Translations under genes and position numbers: made by a program
Shown: positions 8,949 to 18,835 of the stretch, one piece after another
Position numbering within the stretch: the stretch's first letter is position 1
Layout of the letters: the number at the start of each line of letters is the position of its first letter
Notes under the pieces: generated by a model
What the model saw: the letters and a program-made list of their open reading frames with translations, nothing else
What the model was told of the DNA's origin: nothing
The model's database searches: none
Assembly: GCA_028279595.1 (NCBI GenBank)
Contig: JANQNK010000016.1
Location: 1-60,585, forward strand
Length of the DNA: 60,585 nucleotides
Direction of reading: 5' to 3'
From: Thermoplasmatota archaeon
Lineage (GTDB): Archaea > Thermoplasmatota > JAKEGO01

Positions 8949-10337
8949 TCAATCGCCCGTGTTCAGGTTCCAGCAGTACGGATTGGCTGCGAAGAAATCA
9001 CCGGTGAACTTGTAGGCCTCTCCCCTGCAGCCTCCCTCGCAGACCGACCTGAGGTCGCACTCAGCGCATTCTGCTATCGTACCTGTCTTCACCCTGAAGC
9101 ACCGGAACGACTCGGGATCGTTCCAGATCGAATCGAGTGGATCATCGTTGAGGTTCCCGACCCTGTATGCCTCCTCACCGTAGAAGAGGTAGCACGGGTA
9201 GACGTCACCGTCGGCGGTGGCGAAGCACTGCGCCCGCCCCGCGCTGCATCGGTAGTCGATATCGCCTGCAGGCACATCGCCCCTCTCGGTCCCGAGCCCG
9301 AACCTCGGGTTGAGGCGGATCTCGAGTCTGTCCCGGTACCTCGGTTCGACCTCATCCATCATTTCCCTGTAGAACTCACGATACTCGTCGGGGGTCAGCA
9401 TCAGCTTCTCCATGTTCTGCAATCCCCTCCCGACGGGGAACTCGTCGATGACCTTGAGGATGGAAACGTCCAGTTCCACCAGCAGATCGATCAACGGCTC
9501 GAACTCCCGCCAGTTCAGCTTCGTTACCACTGCATTGACTATGATGTTCATCCCGAGGGACCTCGCCATCCTGATGTTCTCGATCACCTGTCGATGGCTC
9601 CCCTCGACGCCTCTCAACCGCTGGTAGGTCTCCGGGTCCGCGCTGTCGAGGCTGATGGTGAGATACTCGACTCCAAGGCCCTTCAACCGCTCCACGGTGG
9701 CCCGGTCGAGGAGCATGCCGTTCGTCGGGAACGAGATATCGATCCCACGGCGGTGGGTCTCCTCGAGGAGTTCCATGAAACGGGACTCTATGGTGGGTTC
9801 CCCTCCGAGGAAGTTGATCTGGACGACCCCCATGGATGATAGCGTATCAAGCACTCCCAAGCTGTATTCCCAGTCGAGCGTGTCGGAAGCGCCGTCCAAC
9901 CTGGCCGAGGCGGTCGCGTAACAGTGAGAGCACCTCATGTTGCACTCTCGGGTGATCTCCCAGTGGAACTGGAGCGGTGCCGAATAATGGTCCATTTCCG
10001 GAAGGTCTGCCCATGCCTCTTCGAGGCGTCCGATGGTCGTCTGTAGGTCGATGTCCGCGACGGATGTGTCTTCCCCTCTCCGGACGAAACCGCGGTCCTC
10101 CATGGACGAGAGGAATTCCATGACGTCCACCCGAACCTCGGACTCTGGGCGGCCGTAGTGTGTCGATAAGACTTCAACGAGGTCCTCTGTTCGGGCTCCT
10201 CCTCCCCTTGCGACCTCGCAGACCAGGGTTCCGAACGGGTCGAGCTCTGCGAAATCGAACAGTTTCCTTCTGAATATGACGCTCCCGAAATGCTCCAGTC
10301 GCAGGTCGACGTCCTTCTCAAGATGGAACTCCTTCAA
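8949..10337 (-). CDS. RRE/PqqD-radical SAM-SPASM fusion (RiPP maturase-like)
   Basis: N-terminal RRE-like region (VDLRLEHFG...EDLVEVLSTHYG...DVMEFLSSMEDRGFV), CNMRCSHC, GGEP, and SPASM CSAG...GDVYPC...CAEC...CEGGC...C. Likely TTG start at 10337 after GAGGGGGG; the ORF extends to ATG 10424. Confidence 0.9.
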   Translation of the reverse strand: MKEFHLEKDVDLRLEHFGSVIFRRKLFDFAELDPFGTLVCEVARGGGARTEDLVEVLSTHYGRPESEVRVDVMEFLSSMEDRGFVRRGEDTSVADIDLQTTIGRLEEAWADLPEMDHYSAPLQFHWEITRECNMRCSHCYATASARLDGASDTLDWEYSLGVLDTLSSMGVVQINFLGGEPTIESRFMELLEETHRRGIDISFPTNGMLLDRATVERLKGLGVEYLTISLDSADPETYQRLRGVEGSHRQVIENIRMARSLGMNIIVNAVVTKLNWREFEPLIDLLVELDVSILKVIDEFPVGRGLQNMEKLMLTPDEYREFYREMMDEVEPRYRDRLEIRLNPRFGLGTERGDVPAGDIDYRCSAGRAQCFATADGDVYPCYLFYGEEAYRVGNLNDDPLDSIWNDPESFRCFRVKTGTIAECAECDLRSVCEGGCRGEAYKFTGDFFAANPYCWNLNTGD

Positions 10338-10471
10338 TTCCGGCCCCCCTCGGATCACATCATCATTGACCGATCGGCTCTCGAACATCGAAGCCCACAA
10401 CATCGGCGGCAATGACCCTAGCATTGGCCCCCTGCATCGTGGACTGCGTATCCGGATCCAGCCGTACGGTA

Positions 10472-10555
10472 TCAGTATATGTTGTAGTAACCGCAGGGTT
10501 TACAGCTGTTCTCGGACTCCCTGAGCTTCGGTCTCTCGTATTCGGAGAGCTTCAA
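10472..10555 (-). CDS. putative RiPP precursor peptide MKLSEYERPKLRESENSCKPCGYYNIY (27 aa)
   Basis: TTG start 4 nt after SD GGGGTGA, with TATAAA at 10595-10590. It carries the YxxPxL RRE-recognition motif and a Cys/Tyr-rich C-terminus, and lies directly upstream of the RRE-rSAM gene. Confidence 0.7.
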   Translation of the reverse strand: MKLSEYERPKLRESENSCKPCGYYNIY

Positions 10556-10702
10556 TGCATCACCCCTTGGGACCGAGAACGGTTTCGCATTTATAGAGGC
10601 TGTCCCTGATTCCCTGAGGGTACATCTGTCCGGCTGGATCGCCGACAGGCTCCTTATTTCGACCATAAACTCTTTTAGAACCCACAGGACATTACGTGTC
10701 AG

Positions 10703-12079
10703 ATGCCCCTTCTGGACGAACTTAGGTCGGCGGCGCCCGACGCGGTGGTCTCTGCGGACAGCGACGACCTGCTGGCTTACCGCGATATCCACGGCGAGTC
10801 GGGCCGGATCTCATGCATCGTCGTCCCGGGCACGAACGAGGACGTTCTCGCGGTGCTCCGTTACTGCAATTCTCACGAGATCCCCGTCGTCCCGTGGGGC
10901 GGAGGCACGAACCTGGCCGGAGCCCTGACACCATCCAGGAGGGCGGTCGCGGTCGACATGAAGCGTCTGAACACCATCACGGTCGAGCCCGACTCTCTGA
11001 TGGTCAAGGCCGGTGCGGGCGCCACCCCTGACGAGGTGGACAGGCGTCTCAGGGTGCACGGGTTGAGGTTCCATCATGATCCCTGGAGCCGGAGGTCGGC
11101 GACCATCGGCGGCGCCCTGGCACTGGACTCCGCCGGAACGCTGTATCACGGATACGGAAGGGTCGGTGCCGAGGTGGTGTCGATGACAGTGGCCCTTCCC
11201 GACGGATCGATCGTGGATGTCGACAACGATCCGGACGGGCGCGGCCTGTCGACCTCAACCTTCATCGGCTCCGAAGGCGTTCTCGGTTTGATCCTCGAGG
11301 CGACCTTCATGGTCCACCCGACCCCTGAGACCTACAGGACGGCGGGATTCGGTTTCCGCAAGCTGGAGAGGATGGTCGACGGGCTACAGGCCCTGGCCGA
11401 TGCGGACCTCCATCCCGACTCGTTCATCGGAGGCAGCATCCCAAGGGCGGTCGCGGCTCTTCAACCGGCTACCGAGAGAGCGATGATGAAGGCGCTCGGG
11501 ATACGCTGCGGTCTCTTCGTCTACTACGAGGGTGAAGAGGGGCCGGTCGGGGAGCGGACATCGGCCGCTGTGAAGGTCCTCTCGAAGTACGGGAAGAAGA
11601 TGCCCCAGAAGTACTCAGACGAGTGGTGGCCGAACAGGCACACCTATTTCGAGGCGAACCAGGGAGCCGTCGAGGCGAACCTGATGACCCACGTATTCGA
11701 CCTCATCATCCCCCAGGACAGTACATTGGAGATGGCCGGCAGGGTCGATGTGCTCGCTGCAGAGACAGGGTTCACCGACGCTCTATCTCACACACTCTTC
11801 ACGGCGCTTGATGCGTACACCGTCGCATTGTATATCGAACCGAACCGGTTCGGATCTCCGGAGTTCAGGGCCTTCGAGCACGGACTCAACGAGGCCGCCC
11901 TCGAGCTCGGCACGGTCATGCGAATACACGGATACGGTTCCCATTTCAGCCCGGACATCGTCCGAAGGTCCCTCGGGGACCGGCTGGCCGAACTGGTCCA
12001 GTCCAAGATCAGGCTCGATCCCAACGGTATCCTGAACCCCGGGATACTCATCCCCGACAGCTCGGAGGTGGACCGTTGA
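10703..12079 (+). CDS. FAD-binding oxidoreductase (GlcD/D-lactate dehydrogenase, VAO/PCMH family)
   Basis: VPWGGGTNLAG, ATIGG, GSEGVLGLI, and C-terminal HG.G...LDPNGILNPG. Confidence 0.9.
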   Translation: MPLLDELRSAAPDAVVSADSDDLLAYRDIHGESGRISCIVVPGTNEDVLAVLRYCNSHEIPVVPWGGGTNLAGALTPSRRAVAVDMKRLNTITVEPDSLMVKAGAGATPDEVDRRLRVHGLRFHHDPWSRRSATIGGALALDSAGTLYHGYGRVGAEVVSMTVALPDGSIVDVDNDPDGRGLSTSTFIGSEGVLGLILEATFMVHPTPETYRTAGFGFRKLERMVDGLQALADADLHPDSFIGGSIPRAVAALQPATERAMMKALGIRCGLFVYYEGEEGPVGERTSAAVKVLSKYGKKMPQKYSDEWWPNRHTYFEANQGAVEANLMTHVFDLIIPQDSTLEMAGRVDVLAAETGFTDALSHTLFTALDAYTVALYIEPNRFGSPEFRAFEHGLNEAALELGTVMRIHGYGSHFSPDIVRRSLGDRLAELVQSKIRLDPNGILNPGILIPDSSEVDR

Positions 12080-13203
12080 CCGACGCAAAGCGCGCGAGGT
12101 TGTCCGTCGAGGAGGTCCTCTCGCATCTCGAACTCTGCGCATCGGCGGAATGTTCGTTCTGCCGCGATGGCTGTCCATCGTACCGTGCCTTCCTCCTCGA
12201 GTCGAAGGCCCCCCGGGGAAAGAACAGGGTCCTCATGAAGCGTCTTCCGGAAGGCGACGACGGGATCCGATCGCTGTCTACCGTCGCCTACGAATGTTCG
12301 GTGTGCGGCCGTTGCTCCGAGGTATGCATCAGCGGCGGGGATACATTCTCCATCATCCCCGAGATCAGGGCCCGCCTAGCGGAGGAGGGCTCGGTCCCCA
12401 ATGTGCTGGAGAAGGGTGCCCGGGACGCAATGAAGACAGGCACACCATACAGTTCCAAGGACCGGTCATGGGCCGACGGACTGCCAGGGAAGGGCAAGGT
12501 CGGCTACTTCCCTGGCTGCAACTTCATGGCGAACGAACCGGACGTCCCCAAGAGGACCGTCCACCTTCTCGGTAGGCTCGGGATAGAACCCGTGCCGATC
12601 AGCGACCACTGCTGCGGCGGTCCTGCGTTCAACGCGGGGCTCACCGACCTGTTCCACGAGAACGCCGAAGCGTTCATCGCTGACCTGAAGGAGAAGGGTG
12701 TTAGAAAGGTCATCCTGTCATGTCCTGGCTGTCTCAACATCCTCAGGAACGAGTTCCCGAAGAGCGGGGTCGAGTTCGTCCATCTGGTCCAGGTCCTTGC
12801 CGAGGCCGACGTCAGCGGAAGGATCGGCATGAGGGTCGCCTATCATGATCCCTGCAACCTGGGTCGGAAGAGCTACGTCGTCGATCCACCGAGAGCGTTG
12901 CTCAAGGCGATCGGCTGCGAGGTCCTCGAGTTCGCCGACAGCGGTCCCGATTCCGCCTGCTGCGGCGGAGGCGGAGGATTCGCAACGCTGCACCCGGACG
13001 GTTCCGCCGTGTCATCCACCGATCGGGTGACCGAGGCGCTTGAGATGGGTGCGGATGCGATCGTGACCGCATGCCGGACGTGCAGGGACCGCCTTGCTGA
13101 AGCGGCCGGGGACAGGATCCCGGTCTACCTGGTGCTCGACCTGGCTGACGGGACCATCGACGGGTTCGAGTCGGCGCTGGAAGGGGGTGCCGTTCACGAC
13201 TGA
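12076..13203 (+). CDS. Fe-S oxidoreductase with two CCG domains (GlcF/HdrD-like)
   Basis: CASAECSFCRDGCP, CSVCGRCSEVC, YFPGC...CCG, and YHDPC...CCGGGGG. The TTG start overlaps the upstream stop. Confidence 0.9.
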   Translation: MTDAKRARLSVEEVLSHLELCASAECSFCRDGCPSYRAFLLESKAPRGKNRVLMKRLPEGDDGIRSLSTVAYECSVCGRCSEVCISGGDTFSIIPEIRARLAEEGSVPNVLEKGARDAMKTGTPYSSKDRSWADGLPGKGKVGYFPGCNFMANEPDVPKRTVHLLGRLGIEPVPISDHCCGGPAFNAGLTDLFHENAEAFIADLKEKGVRKVILSCPGCLNILRNEFPKSGVEFVHLVQVLAEADVSGRIGMRVAYHDPCNLGRKSYVVDPPRALLKAIGCEVLEFADSGPDSACCGGGGGFATLHPDGSAVSSTDRVTEALEMGADAIVTACRTCRDRLAEAAGDRIPVYLVLDLADGTIDGFESALEGGAVHD

Positions 13204-13771
13204 GGTCGAGATCGAATGGGCTCCTGCATCGGACGCCGAGGAGCTCGCAGACGTCCTCGCTCCCGCGTTCGAGGACTACGTCAGCGTCGTCATCGGCGAC
13301 ATGGACAGGGCGAAGCGGGTCATACCCAAGATCATCCGCTCGATGGACGGGATAATGTACAAGGCCGTCGCCGACGGACGGACCGTCGGTGCGATAATCG
13401 TCACCACGGAGAGGCCGCGCTTCCTCGCCAGGAACGCTCTCTCGATGCTCATCTCCCTGGGTCCGGTCAGGGCCGCCAGGGCGAACTCGATCGCGAAGGA
13501 CTACATGAGGAGCGAACCCGAGCGCCGGAAGGATGAAGGCTGGGTCGAGGCGGTCGGTGTGCTCGAGGACGCCCGCCGGAAGGGCGTCGGCTCGATGCTT
13601 GTACGCATGGCAGCGGACGAGGTCGGAAAGCGCGGGAAGCGGGCGCTCAGCCTGGCCGTCAAGAGGGACAGCCCGGCAGTTGAGTTCTACGAGGGTCTCG
13701 GTTTCGTCAAGGCAGGCGAGTTCGACAACAAGCTTGGCGATTGGTATCGTATGCGCCTGGACCTTCTCTAG
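13187..13771 (+). CDS. GNAT acetyltransferase
   Basis: VEAVGVLEDARRKGVGSML...PAVEFYEGLGF. The GTG start overlaps the upstream gene. Confidence 0.85.
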   Translation: MPFTTEVEIEWAPASDAEELADVLAPAFEDYVSVVIGDMDRAKRVIPKIIRSMDGIMYKAVADGRTVGAIIVTTERPRFLARNALSMLISLGPVRAARANSIAKDYMRSEPERRKDEGWVEAVGVLEDARRKGVGSMLVRMAADEVGKRGKRALSLAVKRDSPAVEFYEGLGFVKAGEFDNKLGDWYRMRLDLL

Positions 13772-13847
13772 ACTTGTGTAACGGATTTCCGGAAAAACTT
13801 TTATAGGATGGACGATGGGTTGTAGTCCCACAGCGAGGCACGATAGT

Positions 13848-15689
13848 ATGGATTTCGAAACGATACAGCTTCGGCGGATCACGACGGTCATCCTGATGTC
13901 AATGCTGGTGCTCATGGCGCTCCCAGTGAACGCGATGGCGCCGGCCGAGGTCTCCCCAACGGCAACGGTGGAGACCCCCTGGTGGGACGACACCGTGATG
14001 GACGAGGACGGGGACCACATCCACGATGCACTGGAGATAACAATCGAGATGGGCGCGTTCATCGAGAACGGCAGGATATCCGTCCTCGTGGACTTCGATC
14101 ACACCCCTACAGCGGAGGACGAGCTCGCCCTCATCGAGGCCGTCAGCTTCAAACCCAGGTTCAGGTTCCACGCCATCGATATCATCTCGGGGACGGTCCC
14201 GGTCGAGTTGGTGGACGACCTCCTGGACGTTCCAGGCGTGGTTTTCGTGTCCTTCAACGGACCTGTCGGGCTCATGCTCGATGTCGCCGTACCCCAGCAC
14301 AACATGCCCGAGGTCTGGGACCTCGGCTTCACCGGCGAGGGAATGAACATCGCAGTCATCGACACAGGAATCGACGGTCTCCATGTCGGCGTCGACGACT
14401 TCGATGACAATATAGTCACATACGATCCGAAGATAATTGCGTTCTACGACGCCATCAACAGCCCGGAGCAGACCGACGGCTCCACCACACCCTACGACGA
14501 CCACGGTCACGGGTCGCACTGCGCCGGGATATCCGCCGGCACCGGTGCCCCGGGATACGACTACGTCGGCATCTCTCCAGGCTCGGCCCTCATCGGGGTG
14601 AAGGTACTGGACGGCGGCGGCAGCGGGTCCTTCGACCAGGTCATGGCAGGAATGCAATGGTGCATCGACAAGCGCGAGGAGTTCAACATCCGGGCAGCCA
14701 CGATGAGCCTGGGTGGTGTATGGCTGATCGAGCTAACGCAGTCCCAGGAGGAGCGACTGACGACCCTCGCCAACACGATGGTCCACGAGGGGATCGCCCT
14801 CTGTATAGCAGCCGGGAACGATGGACTCTACGGGACGATAGGGACCCCTGGTGCCGCCAGGGACGTCATCACGGTCGGAGCTACCGATCACAACCGCGAC
14901 CTCGCGGTCTATTCCAGCAAGGGTCCGACCTACGAGGGACTCATCAAACCCAACGTAGCGGGGGTCGGCGGCGGAGCCGGCTTCGGCAGCGGAGGTGTCA
15001 TGTCCGTCGCAGCCAACAGCGGAGACCAGTACACCGCAATGAGCGGCACAAGCATGGCGACACCGATGGTCGCCGGGATCATGACCGTCATTCTCGAGGC
15101 AAATCCCGACCTCGATCCCTTGACGGTCCGGAGCATCCTCGAATACACATCCGAATACAGGTGGCTGACCGATCCGTCAAGGCCGAACAACGACTACGGC
15201 TGGGGCTTCGTCGAGGCCGATGCGGCACTCGAGGCCGCCCTGCTCGTGGATCCCAGCCTCAAGATATCACTGGACCCGGAACCCGAGAGGCAGAACTTCA
15301 CCAATGACAATCAGACACGTTCCATATACGTCGCCCAGCAGTACGACACCCTCACCTTCAGCGTGGAGGGCAACGCCTCGAACCTCGAGTGGAGGAACGT
15401 CGACGGCGGTGGATGGCGTGAGGGCGACGACCTGTCCAAGGACGACGGGTACATGGAGATCGTGCTCGACGGCACCATCTTCCCCGTCGGCAACCACTCC
15501 TTCTGGGTGAGGGCCACCGGACCGGATGGGGTCAGCAATCCCGTGCATGTCGAGATCCACATATCCGAGGGTCAGGAGTCGAAGGGCTCCTCCGGTGACG
15601 ATGACGAGATGGACTACACGTTCCCGCTCATAGGCATCGTGGTGGTCGTCGCAGCAGTGGCCTTCATATTCGGACGTAAGTCGAGCTGA
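13848..15689 (+). CDS. membrane-anchored S8 (subtilisin-like) serine protease
   Basis: Catalytic triad VIDTG / HGSHCAG / GTSMATP, a signal peptide, and a C-terminal TM helix. Confidence 0.95.
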   Translation: MDFETIQLRRITTVILMSMLVLMALPVNAMAPAEVSPTATVETPWWDDTVMDEDGDHIHDALEITIEMGAFIENGRISVLVDFDHTPTAEDELALIEAVSFKPRFRFHAIDIISGTVPVELVDDLLDVPGVVFVSFNGPVGLMLDVAVPQHNMPEVWDLGFTGEGMNIAVIDTGIDGLHVGVDDFDDNIVTYDPKIIAFYDAINSPEQTDGSTTPYDDHGHGSHCAGISAGTGAPGYDYVGISPGSALIGVKVLDGGGSGSFDQVMAGMQWCIDKREEFNIRAATMSLGGVWLIELTQSQEERLTTLANTMVHEGIALCIAAGNDGLYGTIGTPGAARDVITVGATDHNRDLAVYSSKGPTYEGLIKPNVAGVGGGAGFGSGGVMSVAANSGDQYTAMSGTSMATPMVAGIMTVILEANPDLDPLTVRSILEYTSEYRWLTDPSRPNNDYGWGFVEADAALEAALLVDPSLKISLDPEPERQNFTNDNQTRSIYVAQQYDTLTFSVEGNASNLEWRNVDGGGWREGDDLSKDDGYMEIVLDGTIFPVGNHSFWVRATGPDGVSNPVHVEIHISEGQESKGSSGDDDEMDYTFPLIGIVVVVAAVAFIFGRKSS

Positions 15690-15805
15690 ACATGAGGTCA
15701 TGGGCGTCCAGACATGCGCATCACAGGGTATCCGGCAGCAGTTCGCTGACCGATATACTTATAAACGGCGTTGTGTAGTGTAGGGGCACTCAATCAGGTG
15801 AGACC

Positions 15806-16186
15806 ATGAGTATCTGGCAGGGTAAATCGAGACGCAAGTCGACCGGAGGACGCCGGATATACGCCCGGAAGAAGAGGAAGTACGAACTCGGAAGCGATAT
15901 CGTATTCATGACGCTGGGCGAGGCGAGGAAGAAGCGCGTCCGCGGACGCGGCGGCTCCATGAGGTTCCGTCTCCTTAGGGGACAGGTCGCCAACGTGGCC
16001 GACACCAAGAAGGGGACCACCAAGAAGGTCAAGATCCTCACCGTGCTAGAGAACCCTGCGAACCCGAACTACGTCAGGCGCAACATCATCACGAAGGGCG
16101 CCATCGTGGAGACGGAGGCGGGAAAGGCCCGCATCACCTCGAAACCCGGAAAGGACGGTGTCCTGAACGCGGTCCTGCTGAGGTGA
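15806..16186 (+). CDS. rps8e: 30S ribosomal protein S8e
   Basis: [13 protein letters not shown]...RKKRKYELG...[18 protein letters not shown]. Confidence 0.97.
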   Translation: MSIWQGKSRRKSTGGRRIYARKKRKYELGSDIVFMTLGEARKKRVRGRGGSMRFRLLRGQVANVADTKKGTTKKVKILTVLENPANPNYVRRNIITKGAIVETEAGKARITSKPGKDGVLNAVLLR

Positions 16187-16190
16187 GCTC

Positions 16191-16478
16191 ATGGTGTCCA
16201 AGGACGACGGCCGCCAGGTGATATGGCCCGTCTACCTTGACGCCAGCGTTTCTAGGGGCGACGGAAGGCGAGTTCCATCAGAGTGGGCCATCGAGGAGAT
16301 CGACGTCCACATGATCGCCAAGGTCGCCGAGGCCCTCGAGCTTCATCCCTCCATAGAGGAGGACGCCCGCTATCCGGGCGAGCTGGAGGCCCGCGGCAGG
16401 GTGCTCGTGGACCACGTGCAGCCGAAATCCAAGACAATCAGGATAATAGCCAAGCGCATCAAGTCAGGCAACTACTGA
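16191..16478 (+). CDS. srp19: signal recognition particle protein SRP19
   Basis: VIWPVYLDASVSRGDGRRVP...YP...GRVLV...KSK. Confidence 0.93.
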   Translation: MVSKDDGRQVIWPVYLDASVSRGDGRRVPSEWAIEEIDVHMIAKVAEALELHPSIEEDARYPGELEARGRVLVDHVQPKSKTIRIIAKRIKSGNY

Positions 16479-16487
16479 GGCGACGGC

Positions 16488-17171
16488 ATGGCCAAGAAGA
16501 GGAAGATAAAGGACAAGGAGGCCGAGGAGAAGGGCTTCCAGATCCCGGAGTTCGACCGGGCCGAGTACGAGCGGAAGGAGATCCGGGACGGGAAGCTTAC
16601 GATAGCTACCATCTTCTACGCCGCCGTCTTCGCCATGTTCTCGTTCGTCGTCGCCCTCTACGGGGATGACGCCACATCCGTGGGGATACTCATCGGTTTC
16701 GGCGGTATGTTCACCCTCAGGCACTTCCTGCGCCTTGCCGGATTCCGGCTGGACGAGCTCGAGACCAAGCATATCGTCGGGTACTCCATGCTCTTCCTGT
16801 TCACATGGCTCGCGATCTGGACCGTGATGTCCAATCCTCCCGCGTCCGACATATCCAGTCCCTCCATCGAGACTGTGGAGGTGAGGGAGAACGACAATGG
16901 ATCGTGGGTCAGGTCCAGCTATCCTGTGGAGTCGGATGAATCCCTCAGGGTCTATGCCAGGGTCTACGACTACGGCGACCTGGACGTGGTCAACATCGAG
17001 ATATGGACCAATGCCGGGGACCTCGAAGCGTCGGGCGATATGACCGAGGCCGATGACGGCTGGTATTACTTCGATCACACGTTCTCCAACGGTAACTGGG
17101 ACATCGTCGTAAAGGCGGTGGACACTGCCGAGAACTCGTCCGGAAAGAGGCTCAATGTGAACGCGATATGA
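16488..17171 (+). CDS. membrane protein with C-terminal Ig-like extracellular region
   Basis: F.IPEFD..EY..KE N-terminus, 3 TM helices, then a beta-rich acidic domain. Confidence 0.7.
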   Translation: MAKKRKIKDKEAEEKGFQIPEFDRAEYERKEIRDGKLTIATIFYAAVFAMFSFVVALYGDDATSVGILIGFGGMFTLRHFLRLAGFRLDELETKHIVGYSMLFLFTWLAIWTVMSNPPASDISSPSIETVEVRENDNGSWVRSSYPVESDESLRVYARVYDYGDLDVVNIEIWTNAGDLEASGDMTEADDGWYYFDHTFSNGNWDIVVKAVDTAENSSGKRLNVNAI

Positions 17172-17173
17172 GC

Positions 17174-18145
17174 TCAACGAACCAGGGGTATCGTGCCCAT
17201 CCTCGGGTCCTTCCGATAATCGATTCCTTCAGCGAGGGCTCGGTCCTCGAGGTCGAGCTGAGCCTTCCATAGGTCGATACACCCGCAGGAAATATCGAGT
17301 CGGTGCCTCTGACCGTCGAGCGAGAACCTCCTGATCGCTCCGAGGACGGCGTCGTCGCACTCTCCGCAGTTGTGGGCCCCCCGGGCCTTCCCGCCCCCCG
17401 ACGGGTGCGAGACGACCTTGGCGTCGATCTCCGTACCCAGGGCTTCCACGAGGGACCACAACCACGGCGGCGAGTACCTGCCCTTCTGCCAGAGCCTTTC
17501 GACCTTTGTACGCCTCTGGATGTTCATGGGATTGATCGAGATGACGTCGGACAGTGAAGATGTGGCCTCGATGCTCGCCCTGACGTCCTCGAGAGCCCCT
17601 CGCTCCGTGAGCCCCGGGGGCTTCATGAGGAGGTAGGTCCTGACGGTCGCTCCCCTGTCCCTTGCGGTCGACGCTGCGTGCGTGAAGTCCTCGAACGAGA
17701 AACCCTTGCCTATGCAGTTCTCCCTGAGGTCGTCGTCCGCGGTCTCGAGGCCGATGGCGACCTCGAGTCCGGTCGCGTCCCCGTCGATGTTCTTCACGTA
17801 CTCCGGACGCGACTCGAACACGATCCTTTCCGCGCGGTCCCTGGCCTCGGACAGGATGCGGTCCCTTGCGTCCAATGGAACCTCTGCTGGGTCGAGGAAG
17901 CTCCCCGACGTGTAGACCTTGATGACCCTCTCATCGTCGTAGCCCTCGAGCGCCTTCGTGAACTGGAATATCAGGTCCTCTCCGCTCGTGGTCTCCGACT
18001 CCTCGTTGTACCCGCACATCGAGCAGCCGCCGGTGGAACGGTACCAGGAGCATCCGCTGGTCCTCAGTATAACGACGAAAGCCTTGACACGTTCTCCGTC
18101 GAGCGCGTCGTCCTCGGACCAGGCAGAAACGTATCTCTTGGACAT
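17174..18145 (-). CDS. raSEA: archaeosine biosynthesis radical SAM enzyme RaSEA
   Basis: ILRTSGCSW...GGCSMCGY, YTSGSFLD, ESRPEY, IGLET, PPWLWS, and RGAHNCGECD. Start trimmed to MSKRY. Confidence 0.9.
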   Translation of the reverse strand: MSKRYVSAWSEDDALDGERVKAFVVILRTSGCSWYRSTGGCSMCGYNEESETTSGEDLIFQFTKALEGYDDERVIKVYTSGSFLDPAEVPLDARDRILSEARDRAERIVFESRPEYVKNIDGDATGLEVAIGLETADDDLRENCIGKGFSFEDFTHAASTARDRGATVRTYLLMKPPGLTERGALEDVRASIEATSSLSDVISINPMNIQRRTKVERLWQKGRYSPPWLWSLVEALGTEIDAKVVSHPSGGGKARGAHNCGECDDAVLGAIRRFSLDGQRHRLDISCGCIDLWKAQLDLEDRALAEGIDYRKDPRMGTIPLVR

Positions 18146-18146
18146 C

Positions 18147-18812
18147 TCATTCCTTCTGCTCGAGTATGACGACCTCGGAGGTGTCACCGACGATGTTCCC
18201 GAACATCTCGATGTCGGCCCTTGTCTCCTGAAGCGTACCGTAGTGCATGGGAACGACCTTGGCCGGCTTGATCCGTTTTACAGCTTCGGCAGCCTCGGCC
18301 GAGTCCATGGTGTAGGTCCCCCCCGCCGGGAGCAGCGCCACATCGATGCCCATGTCCCCAAGTGCGTCCATCTCGTCGATGACGTCCGTGTCCCCGGAGT
18401 GATAGATCGTGACATCCCCTATGGCGAGCACGACCCCGATGCCCTCGCCCTTCGGGTGGAAGGGCTGCCCCGGCTCCCTGAACTTGTTGACGTTGTAAGC
18501 GTGAACCGCCCGGACCGAGATGACGCCGAGGTCGACGACGTCGCCGGGTGCCATGGCCTGAACGTTTCCTGTCACGTTTGCCGCGGCCTTCTGCGTCGTG
18601 ACGACTGTCGTGTCAGGCCCCCTGATCCTGTCGATGTTCTCCACATGACAGTGATCGAAATGATCGTGCGTCGCGATGACGAAGTCCGCCCGGGGCGCAC
18701 CATCGTCGAGGACGAAGGGGTCTATGTAGATCGTCGTTCCGCCCGCCACGATGCGGAAGCTCGCATGTCCGAGCCACTCGATCGTGCATCCGTCAATACT
18801 GAGTGATTCCAT
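18147..18812 (-). CDS. MBL-fold metallohydrolase (UlaG-like)
   Basis: WLGHASF, THDHFDH, YHSGDT, and PMHYG. Confidence 0.9.
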   Translation of the reverse strand: MESLSIDGCTIEWLGHASFRIVAGGTTIYIDPFVLDDGAPRADFVIATHDHFDHCHVENIDRIRGPDTTVVTTQKAAANVTGNVQAMAPGDVVDLGVISVRAVHAYNVNKFREPGQPFHPKGEGIGVVLAIGDVTIYHSGDTDVIDEMDALGDMGIDVALLPAGGTYTMDSAEAAEAVKRIKPAKVVPMHYGTLQETRADIEMFGNIVGDTSEVVILEQKE

Positions 18813-18835
18813 GTGACCAACCTTCTCGAGATCGA

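Noticed and set aside
10340-10474. Readthrough of the precursor TGA (Sec) or the following TAG (Pyl), giving a longer Cys-rich peptide (YRTAGSGYAVHDAGGQC*GHCRRCC...)
   Set aside because: TGA is the common stop throughout the window. No SECIS-like element or Sec/Pyl machinery is visible, and two readthroughs would be needed.
13848-15689. S8 protease as the RiPP leader peptidase
   Set aside because: It has its own promoter, a signal peptide and a TM anchor. It looks like a generic surface protease, and nothing links it to the peptide.
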